Below are positions 11,101-18,683 of a stretch of 64,000 nt of DNA, piece after piece (position 1 is the first letter of the stretch; the number at the start of each line of letters is the position of its first letter). The stretch comes from Crocinitomicaceae bacterium (GTDB lineage Bacteria > Bacteroidota > Bacteroidia > Flavobacteriales_D > Crocinitomicaceae). The DNA is taken from the NCBI GenBank assembly GCA_044233745.1, contig JBIIJN010000005.1, positions 223-64,222 of the forward strand, read 5' to 3'. A program made the translations under genes and the position numbers. The notes beneath the pieces were generated by a model. It saw only the letters and a list, made by a program, of their open reading frames with translations. It made no database searches and had not been told where the DNA came from.

Positions 11101-11720
11101 TTGTAGATATGGTCTTAATGGACGTGCAAATGCCAGTTATGAACGGTATAGAAGCTACAGAAATCATTAGAACGAAACTGCAACTAACTATGCCAATTAT
11201 CGCACTCTCTGCTGTCGCTCAGAAAAAAGACATAGACAATTGTTTGTCGGCTGGGATGAATGCATTTTTATTAAAACCTTTCGAAGAAAAAGATCTGTAC
11301 GATACAATTTCAAGCCATTTGGAGGAGTCTGGCATATTGCTAAAGTCTTCAACACATCGGGATATGACTTCAAATGAAGTGCTTTATGATCTTGCTTTAA
11401 TCAATAAAATCGCAAGCCAAGATGCAGATTTTGTAAAAAGTATTATTGAGCTTTTTATAAAACATATTCCCGATGCAGTTGATGAATTGAATCAAGCGCT
11501 TGAACTAAAAGACTACGATAAAATTCGTAAAACCGTTCACCGAATTAAACCTAATATTCTAAATTTTGGAGTCAAATCAATTGAGGATGATATGCATTTT
11601 CTGCTCAATGAGAGTAGCCATTCTGACCATGATGCATATGCAAATAAAGTAGTAAGAATTTCTAATATATTGAATCAAGTGTGCAAGGAACTAAGTATGG
11701 GTATAGGGATCAGAAAATAA
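8121..11720 (+). CDS. soluble hybrid sensor histidine kinase (GAF/PAS - HisKA - HATPase - REC - HPt)
   Basis: ATG at 8121 (the track start at 8115 is TTG). No hydrophobic TM segment is visible. H-box SHEIRTPLN, G-box GGFGLGMAIS, receiver LMDVQMPVMNG and a C-terminal HPt-like HRIKPN. Confidence 0.9.
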   Translation: MNSIRLVNTSVLLDLALSLAGEIEEDLIVKKALSLYLRKLDCFAVAIAKYDEAEEKNQISVLPHSFKRHSVWELLEEKCLVGALSDDDFSEFLMDDFIFYIYELNGYGHLILGKTTSFESKVIKELKPVVQNLAKTLVLSNETQKRVKLEKENQYHLTRLQLLEKFIKNSNDGLQVCDSKGNMVYANNESSKRLNINPQEIEKYKVSDFEPMFVQTEAWQKHLEELRMNDRLLIRSFHINQQDGTKLPVEVAVSRELIEGEEYITSVSRDISNRVKIETELAIKEKMLFAISQATSILLYEPNIFKAISEALYLIGEAVAADRTYLFTSSMHEEYGLVVSQRLEWNSGAASPQIDNPELQDVPVLLFDEFMGNVNKQLPFHDLVKNLKDSDLKSILEEQEIISILVIPIFLENKFWGFVGYDECKYERIWSEAELTILQTFATSISYALERQSSAEKIESLALFTSESPNPLFRVDRMGNILLKNDNSSDLDIIRYNGKEYNLNGFLNQVVTILDDEQAINYYEISDLNNNYYTVTSKLSRDKDHINLYFNNITLFKKAQAELNFAREQIENIVISMDDVVWSISFPDFELIFVSNSAEKLLGMKPEQLLHDRSIWTKFIFEEDTDNFDSIREYILLKGILEKELRIITQSGSVKWILIKMRLIDVSADEKRIDGRFIDITDRKRFEQELSLAKEKAELSNRAKEDFVANISHEIRTPLNAIIGLSGELARHTPENETKALVNHIGSSGKHLLSLVNNILDFSKINDGQLPLEQKNFSFSLAIDQIKSIIALSSDEKSLVIDYNIDPNLSLYHIGDELRIKQVLLNILSNAVKFTDEGSIKFDLFVKKTDDIGQELEIRIEDTGIGMSPDFIPNLFDKFAQEEYSSTRRVGGFGLGMAISYKLIQLMNGNIHVKSEKEVGSIFTINLKLPIGNNVEIDTSQLSMSKLLDGLKVLVVEDNEINRLVARTVLTRLKVTVFECDNGKEAIEFLQENIVDMVLMDVQMPVMNGIEATEIIRTKLQLTMPIIALSAVAQKKDIDNCLSAGMNAFLLKPFEEKDLYDTISSHLEESGILLKSSTHRDMTSNEVLYDLALINKIASQDADFVKSIIELFIKHIPDAVDELNQALELKDYDKIRKTVHRIKPNILNFGVKSIEDDMHFLLNESSHSDHDAYANKVVRISNILNQVCKELSMGIGIRK

Positions 11721-11972
11721 ATTGAAAAAATTACTACCGGTCTAGGAACTTAGTTTACGCCAGATTGAGTTATGTTTAATTTCTGGCATGTATCCAAAAG
11801 ATAATGTATAAAGAAAATTGAGGAATTGGATCAAAGCTTAAAAGAATGTGAACGAAGAGATTTACAGTCAATTCTAATAAATTTATTCAATTACCAGAAT
11901 TTCATTTACTTTTTCCATACCCCCCCGTTGAAATCAATTTGCATTCTCCGTTCATGCATCATCACACCAACG

Positions 11973-11980
11973 TACTTTTG
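11973..11980 (+). promoter_or_regulatory. possible Bacteroidota -7 promoter box (TACTTTTG) upstream of the GH3 gene
   Basis: Matches TAnnTTTG 47 nt upstream of the ATG at 12028. The -33 position reads TTC rather than TTG. Confidence 0.35.
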
Positions 11981-12027
11981 CAGCAATCAGGCACAATAAT
12001 TGAATAGCCTTGTAAAAACTGGAATTT

Positions 12028-13155
12028 ATGTTCAAAAGCGCATTACTTTTTCTCCTTGTTATTACCGTAACTACTGCATTTTCTCAAAGCGAAAAACTCA
12101 GTCTTCAGGATTTTTTCAATCCGAATACTTATTTAGATGCCGCTGTAGAAGCACAATTCAATAAAATGGATGATACGCTTCGTGTGGCGCAGTTGATTAT
12201 GCCTGCTGCGGGTCGTTTGGGCGAAACCAATGAAAAAATTGAAGGCTACATCAAAAAGCGTTTGATTGGCGGCGTTTTGTTGCTCAACGGCACCATGGAT
12301 GGTTTTAAGAAAATGGTCATTGATTTTAATGCGCTTAATTTGAAACATGGTGGTCTGCCATTTTTCTACAGTGCTGACGCTGAGCCATCTTTGGTGAATC
12401 GAAAAATTCAAGGTTCGGTGGTTTACAAAAAAGCCAACGAAATCAAAACCATCGAAGAGGTGCGTAAAAGTGCTGAGATCATTTCCAAAGATTTGCAAGC
12501 CATTGGCATCAATTTCAATTTTGCGCCCGTGGTGGATATGCCGCCCAACAAAACTGTGGGTTATAGAAGCATGGGCACACACGAAGACAGCATTGTGCCT
12601 TGGGCTGCCGAGTTTATCCGCGTCACACAAGAAATGCAAATCATCGCTACGGCCAAGCATTTTCCAGGACATGGTTATGTTGTTGGTGACACGCACATGC
12701 AATTGGTTTATATTGATGGTGAGATGCGCGAGGTGAAGAATTATCCTTCTCTAATTGCAGATGGCGTTTTGTCGATTATGATTGCACACATCGCAGTGAA
12801 AAACAACGAAGAATACAACACCGATGGCTTGCCGGCTTCTGTTTCTCGAAAAATTGTAACAGATTTGTTGCGTAATAAACTTGGTTTCCAAGGTTTAATT
12901 GTTACCGATGCCATGAACATGGGCGGTGTGGCCAGTGTGCCCAATGCGTCACGTCGCGCCATTGAAGCGGGTTGCGATATCGTTTTAATGCCTCTCAATG
13001 TAGAACAAAGTCACAAAGAAATCTTGGAAAAATACCTATCTGACCCAGTTTTCCACGCGCAAGTTGATGCTTCTGTGAAACGCATTATTAGGATGAAATA
13101 TTGCTTGGGCTTGATGACCGTAAGTGATTTCATTCCAATGGGAGATATGGAGTAG
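12028..13155 (+). CDS. glycoside hydrolase family 3 (beta-N-acetylhexosaminidase-like)
   Basis: N-terminal signal peptide. GH3 motifs KHFPGHG and VTDAMNMGG are present. Confidence 0.8.
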   Translation: MFKSALLFLLVITVTTAFSQSEKLSLQDFFNPNTYLDAAVEAQFNKMDDTLRVAQLIMPAAGRLGETNEKIEGYIKKRLIGGVLLLNGTMDGFKKMVIDFNALNLKHGGLPFFYSADAEPSLVNRKIQGSVVYKKANEIKTIEEVRKSAEIISKDLQAIGINFNFAPVVDMPPNKTVGYRSMGTHEDSIVPWAAEFIRVTQEMQIIATAKHFPGHGYVVGDTHMQLVYIDGEMREVKNYPSLIADGVLSIMIAHIAVKNNEEYNTDGLPASVSRKIVTDLLRNKLGFQGLIVTDAMNMGGVASVPNASRRAIEAGCDIVLMPLNVEQSHKEILEKYLSDPVFHAQVDASVKRIIRMKYCLGLMTVSDFIPMGDME

Positions 13156-13175
13156 GGCTTTTGGCTGCGAGCGCT

Positions 13176-13188
13176 ACTTTGTCAAAGT
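13176..13188. repeat. palindromic repeat copy A (ACTTTGTCAAAGT) inside a longer hairpin
   Basis: 13-nt perfect palindrome with extra GC pairs outside it (GCGCT...TTGCG). It lies in the convergent gap between the GH3 gene and the lipoprotein gene. Confidence 0.8.
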
Positions 13189-13258
13189 TTTGCGATGGAG
13201 CGCAAGGAAAATTAGCCTTTTTTAGTCAAACTGAGAATTTTCTAAATCTCCGCGAAGT

Positions 13259-13271
13259 ACTTTGACAAAGT
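13259..13271. repeat. palindromic repeat copy B (ACTTTGACAAAGT), flanked by CCGCG/CGCGG
   Basis: Same 13-nt core as copy A, 83 nt away. An outer 5-bp inverted repeat extends the hairpin. Confidence 0.8.
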
Positions 13272-13291
13272 TAAGCGCGGGATTTTGCAGT

Positions 13292-13819
13292 TTATGGATT
13301 TGTTGCCCACCAATCCATAATTTCACTTCGCTGTTCTCGACTGAGTTTTAAAGTATCATTTTTATCCTTTTCGAATGTAGAATAGGGCGGATACGTTTGG
13401 CCTTGATAATGCTTAATCAAATGGTAGGCGTGAAGTCCAATAGTGTTGAATCCGTGATTGCCGAGTGTAACTGATGCATACATTGACGCTATTGGAAACG
13501 CGATTTCTTCATTATCCAATTCGGAAATTAAAATAGGCAAATGCTTCTCTTTAATCCAATTGTCAGGAATCGAATCCGGATGAATGAAAATTGTTTTTTG
13601 GTATCCGCAATCTCTCCATTTTAAAGCATAGAGAAAGTCAATAGGGTCTTGTTTTTTTGGATTCGGAAAGAAATCGCAATCGTTATTCGCTGGTAAATGT
13701 TCAATTTCAAGATTATTTTCTTTCAAAACGTCTTCTGATACATCCGATTTTTTGTTGTCGACACAAGCGAACGTCAAAATCCAAATCCAAATCCCAAGAA
13801 AGTATGCGAGTTTATTCAT
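13292..13819 (-). CDS. hypothetical lipoprotein
   Basis: The internal ATG at 13819 gives the signal MNKLAYFLGIWIWILTFAC, which contains a lipobox. The 17 upstream codons of the track ORF are just a translation of palindrome copy C. Confidence 0.5.
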   Translation of the reverse strand: MNKLAYFLGIWIWILTFACVDNKKSDVSEDVLKENNLEIEHLPANNDCDFFPNPKKQDPIDFLYALKWRDCGYQKTIFIHPDSIPDNWIKEKHLPILISELDNEEIAFPIASMYASVTLGNHGFNTIGLHAYHLIKHYQGQTYPPYSTFEKDKNDTLKLSREQRSEIMDWWATNP

Positions 13820-13850
13820 GTTTAGAAAATTTACCGTTAACCCTTGCAGA

Positions 13851-13863
13851 ACTTTGACAAAGT
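13851..13863. repeat. palindromic repeat copy C (ACTTTGACAAAGT)
   Basis: Same core as copies A and B. Its flanks (CCTTGC ... GCAGCCAA) resemble the reverse complement of the copy A flanks. Confidence 0.8.
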
Positions 13864-13875
13864 TGCTCATTCAAC

Positions 13876-13903
13876 AGCAGCCAACCGCTAGCAGCCAACC
13901 GCC
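13876..13903. repeat. tandem 14-mer x2 (AGCAGCCAACCGCT / AGCAGCCAACCGCC)
   Basis: Direct tandem duplication read from the sequence. The GCAGCCAA motif also occurs inverted next to copy A (13163-13170). Confidence 0.8.
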
Positions 13904-13905
13904 TC

Positions 13906-15972
13906 CTAATATCCCCCAAACCATCTTCTCAGCACCCATTCCGCAGCCAAGAAAAGGAAAATCAGGAAGAACAGCCACTTCAAATCGATGAGGTTGGCGT
14001 AGTTGGTTTCTTCGAATTGGGCAGAACTCAAATTTTCATTGGATTCCAATTCATTGAGTAGTTTTTGCCAGTCTTGAAGTTGGTAGAATTTGCCTTTCGA
14101 GTTTTCAGAAAGATCGATTAAAACATCAAAATTGGCACTCAAATCTAGCGATTCAAGTGAGATGTCTTCCACGATAAATTCGCCGCTTTTCTGGTATTTT
14201 TTTCCGTTGAATTCTGTGTTGGCTTCCCATTTGTAAACTCCAGCAGGCATTTTTCCGAGATTGAGCTCATAATCTCGGGTGAGCGGCGTAAAGGTATAAG
14301 CGCCCACCGATTTGTCTTTTTCATCGCGCAGAGACAATCTGATTTGTGGCGTTACAATTTCTTGGAAAGCATCGTTGTAAAACTCGGCTCGGAAGCGCAA
14401 TTCGTCTTTCACGGTCATGCGGCTTGGCGGAAAAACTCGAAGTTTATCACGGTTTTCTTTTACGCTCAGGTATTGCAAAGTTTTATCCCACAATTCCTCG
14501 AAACCGTCATTGTTTTGGTGGCGATTATACTCCATCATGCGCCAACGCCAAATGCCTTCTCCGTAGAAATACACCATTTTCTGATTGCCCTTGTTGGCAA
14601 AAGTCATCAGGGGTTTGCTCGTTGCAATATTGCCCACTTTTTGGATGAGTAAGTTTTGTCCAATATCCTTCATTTCCCTTGCAAATGGAGCCGCAACAGG
14701 TGGAAATTCTTTGACGCGTTGTTTGAAGGTTTCTGAGAATTGAATCAGTGAAAAATCTTCGTTGAATTGAGCGCCCACATAATCGGAACGGCCCGGACTG
14801 TGGCCAACCAAGCCCACTTCCAAATTGGCGGTGGACATATTGGGATTCACAAACAGCACATAAGGTGTTTGACTGCTCTGCAATTGCTTATAGAAGGTTG
14901 GATTTTGTACCAAATCTACATCGATGAGAATCAAAATATCGGTTTCGGGAATTTTGTTCAAATCACTCAAAAAATAAGGGGTTACCTCTGTGTTTTGGTC
15001 TTTTTGCAACACACTTTGCATAGCTCCAGCATCTGGGTGCATACCACCAAAAACGAGGGCTGCTTTTCTTTTCGATTCTAAAATTTCTACATACACAGTG
15101 CGTTTGTTGTTGCTCAAAGTGTATTCCTGAACTTTCGTAATAATTTCTATCGTGTAGCTTTGGATGCCTTTTCCTTTGGCTTCTACTTCAAAGGTGTGGT
15201 CGAAAAACGCATTGTTGCTATTGATGTTTATCGTTTTTTCTTGAATAACATTGCCGCCTTTCGACAAACGAATAACCATGTTTTCGCCCTTCAATTTACT
15301 GGCTTTTCCTTCTATTTTTATGGGAAAAATATTACCTGAAAACGCGATGTTGTTGGCTACGACATTAGAAATCATGGCGTCGCGCTTGGTGATGGTGTCG
15401 CCAACGGCCAAAGTATAAACCGGTGTGAATTTGATTTTTTCAGCTTCGTATTTCGGGTTGAGTCCCTCGTTGAAATTACCATCGGAAAGTAATACTATTG
15501 CACCGAGATTGTTGTTGATGAACAAGTCGCGAATATGAGAAAACCCTAGCGCCAAATTTGAAGATGCGCCGTCAAAAAGCAGGGTGTCATCAGGGTGAAT
15601 AGCACTAGAAAAATGAATGAATCGGGTGAGGTACAAACCGTCCAATTTCTGTTTGGCAGCCTCAATGAACATGGGGATATTCGACTTCACCGTGGCACTA
15701 TCTGCGTAATTGAGCATCGAACTACTTTGATCAATGAGGAAGAAAATATTGGCGGGTTCGGTGCGGGTTTGTTTTCGTGGAAAAATGAGTCCCAAAAGTA
15801 AAATACCAATCACAAAAAGTGCCAATGCTCGCAGTGAAAAAAGCAAGAATTTGATGGGTTTGGAAAAGGTGTTTTGGTCTTTTCGCCAGAAATAATAGAG
15901 CCAACTTATTGCAAGTGAAATTATTGCAATTACCGGAATCCAAATATATAGATTATTGGCGTTTTGAAACAT
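13906..15972 (-). CDS. membrane-anchored vWA-domain protein (BatA-like N-terminal double-TM)
   Basis: Two N-terminal TM helices, vWA MIDAS motif FLIDQSSSM and a C-terminal TM anchor (LFFLIFLFLAAEWVL). Confidence 0.7.
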   Translation of the reverse strand: MFQNANNLYIWIPVIAIISLAISWLYYFWRKDQNTFSKPIKFLLFSLRALALFVIGILLLGLIFPRKQTRTEPANIFFLIDQSSSMLNYADSATVKSNIPMFIEAAKQKLDGLYLTRFIHFSSAIHPDDTLLFDGASSNLALGFSHIRDLFINNNLGAIVLLSDGNFNEGLNPKYEAEKIKFTPVYTLAVGDTITKRDAMISNVVANNIAFSGNIFPIKIEGKASKLKGENMVIRLSKGGNVIQEKTININSNNAFFDHTFEVEAKGKGIQSYTIEIITKVQEYTLSNNKRTVYVEILESKRKAALVFGGMHPDAGAMQSVLQKDQNTEVTPYFLSDLNKIPETDILILIDVDLVQNPTFYKQLQSSQTPYVLFVNPNMSTANLEVGLVGHSPGRSDYVGAQFNEDFSLIQFSETFKQRVKEFPPVAAPFAREMKDIGQNLLIQKVGNIATSKPLMTFANKGNQKMVYFYGEGIWRWRMMEYNRHQNNDGFEELWDKTLQYLSVKENRDKLRVFPPSRMTVKDELRFRAEFYNDAFQEIVTPQIRLSLRDEKDKSVGAYTFTPLTRDYELNLGKMPAGVYKWEANTEFNGKKYQKSGEFIVEDISLESLDLSANFDVLIDLSENSKGKFYQLQDWQKLLNELESNENLSSAQFEETNYANLIDLKWLFFLIFLFLAAEWVLRRWFGGY

Positions 15973-16017
15973 GGGTGTAAAGATAGTTGAATTTAAGTTT
16001 TACAATTTAGAATAATT

Positions 16018-18672
16018 TCACCGTTGTTCAATTCCCCCCGATTCTCCCTCAGGAATTTCAAAAATCCAATCATAGAATCCAACAAAGTGGGCATCGAAAA
16101 AGCCAAAGCGGCGAAATAGATTTTCGGGAATAAAAACGTGTTTTTCAGGGTCTAATCCTTTGGCGCGTGTTTGTGGTGCCACACCATCGAGCATACAGGG
16201 CGCTGTTTTTTCAAATTTTTCGTGATTCACACCATATTGATAGATTTCCTGCCATTCGGATGCGTTTATTTTGCCTGCTTCTGCATTTTCTGGTGCCAAA
16301 ATATAAAATCCACCGAAGTTGATTTTTCCGCGCAATTCATCTATCATGCCCAAAGCATAAGCGTAGCCCATGCTGTGCGCTACTATGAACAAGGTATCGT
16401 TGTGCGATGAGTTTGGAATTTCATTCAACTGCTGAAGCAAATTTAAACCTGCGATTCTTCCGTTTTCGCGCCGGGTTTTGAAGCCTTTGTAGTTGGGCCG
16501 ATTGGGCAACAAACGATGGGTCGCCTTATTGGATGATTTGAACCAAGATGTTTGGCCTTTTTCCAAACAAATATGATGTTTGGGGTCTTTACATCGCGTC
16601 GGATATTTTGTAGAAACCTGCGTGAAATGTATCAAACTGCGGTAGTTGGATGTGCTAACAGAAAAATGTCCATCGGCATAATACGTCTCACTCGGATTGA
16701 TGCGTTTCTCAAATTTTAGATCAATTTCACGCCAAGGCCGCCAGTAGTCATAACGGTCAAAATTGTGAATCATGTTTTTCGAATTTGGAAATTCAACCCC
16801 GCGTTCTCGAATGTCGCGGAAATTTTCTTCTAAAGAATTCCCCAAACTCGTCGGACGATAGCCATTCACAAAAACCAGAATTCGCTTGGCGGGCTCTTCT
16901 TTACTCAAAAGGAATTGCGTAACGTTTGAGCCTTGGTGGTTATAGACCTGCTGATTTTCATATTTTCCATCATCGTCAATGCGATTTACCACAAAATAGT
17001 GACTTGGAGCCAAGATGGCAACGCCCAAATCGGGAATCACAATTGAATCACTTTCTCTGTTGAATTTGGCGATGGAATATACACCCGCCGAATCTTTGAA
17101 CTGGTCGAAATACAAGACGCGTTTTCTTCTTTTCACAAACCAGTCATCACCTTTTTTGATGAGCACTTCTGTGGCCATTTCAGGTTTTTCGGAGCGGTCT
17201 AGATCATTGTTGTACAAAATCTCATGCCGCACATTTTCAAGGCTCATTCCTTTAAAATCAGGCACGCGCCCTTCAAAAATCTCATACCGCAAGATGACTT
17301 TATTCATGAAAAAGAAAGTGGTAAAAGTGAGCGAACCCAATATGATAAAGACCAGGGTTTGGGCCAAGAATTTTTTGATGTGTAAGAATTTTTTTAGTGA
17401 CTCGGCAAATCGGTTTTTGAAGCGTTTGCGCAAATAAAAGCCAATCCACAAAATCACGGCGATAAGCACAAAATGTAAGGGCGTAATCTGTATGTTCAAT
17501 ACACTAAAAATGGGTTTAAATAGTCGTTTTTCAATGCTTAAATTGTAGCTGAAGTAGTTCTTTTTATAAGGTCGATGAATGGCTGTTCTGAATGCACCCG
17601 GATTAAAAATAATGGTACCATTTTCATCCTCTTCCCAAAAATAATAAGCCACAAACCCATTGAAGGTGTTGATTTCTTCATCATCGTCATACATCGAGTA
17701 GGTTCGGTAATCCAAATGCAAATTGCGCCATTGATCGGCTGTGAGTGCAGTTCCTCCTCTCGCATTGAGGAGATTTTCTTCGAAGTTGATTACATCATCT
17801 TTTTTCAAGCTCCCGAAACCGCGCGCCAGTTGAACCGCTACTTGATAGGCTAAAACCTCGCTGCTCTGTTTGGTTACAAAAGCTATGGTTTTGCCTTTTA
17901 CGCTATAGCCCAACTGCGTTTTATTCATAAAGCCTTGGTGCACAAAGACATAAAAGGCGCGTTTGTCACTCTTGGGGAAATCGGAAAAATAAGCGTCTCT
18001 AATTTGACGCATTTGACGTGTGAAATGGTCGAATTCTGAACTGGGATTATTCAAATTCGGATTTTTTTCTAGGTCTTCAAAATAATATTCAGGAAGAATT
18101 TGTAGTTCGAATTCCAATTGATACGGTTTGAAAATCGAATTGATTTTTTGTGTTAATTCTGTTTCGTTGAGGTTGAAGGGAACCAGCGGAACAAGGTAAA
18201 TTTTCTCTTTGCGAAGGGGAAACACATCAATAAACAAGCGTCCAATTACTTGATTTTCGTACATGAACAGAAGTTCAGATGAACCACTAGGATTGCTCAA
18301 ATTGATTTGGATTGTACTGTCTCTACCCATACGTGTGGCTAGATAGAGCGAATCCGTGTTTTGAATTAAAACACAATTAATTCTGGATGAAAATATATTG
18401 CTGATCTTCGCAGAAAAACGCAAATCCAGTGCGAGCGGAAAACCTGCTTTGTGAAAAAGATAATGCGTTAAAATTTGATTTTCCTCTCCCCCTAACCAAG
18501 TTGTTTTCGGGTTTTGTAGCGTCGTGTCGAGGTAACTTATTTCCCTGTTTCGAAGTTCAAACCTTTCAAATTCAATGGTTTCAGTTTGAGCCAAAAGTCT
18601 TGGCATACCCATCCATGAAATACTCAAGAGAGCAAACAGAAAGAGCAAATACCAAGTTTTCGAGCGCATCAT
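16018..18672 (-). CDS. membrane protein with C-terminal alpha/beta-hydrolase-like domain
   Basis: Signal peptide, an exported domain of about 380 aa and central TM helices. The C-terminal domain has VFVNGYRP and the nucleophile elbow VAHSMGYA (GxSxG type). Confidence 0.55.
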   Translation of the reverse strand: MMRSKTWYLLFLFALLSISWMGMPRLLAQTETIEFERFELRNREISYLDTTLQNPKTTWLGGEENQILTHYLFHKAGFPLALDLRFSAKISNIFSSRINCVLIQNTDSLYLATRMGRDSTIQINLSNPSGSSELLFMYENQVIGRLFIDVFPLRKEKIYLVPLVPFNLNETELTQKINSIFKPYQLEFELQILPEYYFEDLEKNPNLNNPSSEFDHFTRQMRQIRDAYFSDFPKSDKRAFYVFVHQGFMNKTQLGYSVKGKTIAFVTKQSSEVLAYQVAVQLARGFGSLKKDDVINFEENLLNARGGTALTADQWRNLHLDYRTYSMYDDDEEINTFNGFVAYYFWEEDENGTIIFNPGAFRTAIHRPYKKNYFSYNLSIEKRLFKPIFSVLNIQITPLHFVLIAVILWIGFYLRKRFKNRFAESLKKFLHIKKFLAQTLVFIILGSLTFTTFFFMNKVILRYEIFEGRVPDFKGMSLENVRHEILYNNDLDRSEKPEMATEVLIKKGDDWFVKRRKRVLYFDQFKDSAGVYSIAKFNRESDSIVIPDLGVAILAPSHYFVVNRIDDDGKYENQQVYNHQGSNVTQFLLSKEEPAKRILVFVNGYRPTSLGNSLEENFRDIRERGVEFPNSKNMIHNFDRYDYWRPWREIDLKFEKRINPSETYYADGHFSVSTSNYRSLIHFTQVSTKYPTRCKDPKHHICLEKGQTSWFKSSNKATHRLLPNRPNYKGFKTRRENGRIAGLNLLQQLNEIPNSSHNDTLFIVAHSMGYAYALGMIDELRGKINFGGFYILAPENAEAGKINASEWQEIYQYGVNHEKFEKTAPCMLDGVAPQTRAKGLDPEKHVFIPENLFRRFGFFDAHFVGFYDWIFEIPEGESGGIEQR

Positions 18673-18683
18673 TTTTCACTCCA

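Noticed and set aside
12133-12702. 189-aa antisense ORF within the GH3 gene. Similar long antisense ORFs occur at 24515-25210, 23596-24006, 21625-22044 and 9797-10249.
   Set aside because: The opposite strand carries well-supported genes with catalytic motifs, and the antisense products have no recognisable features.
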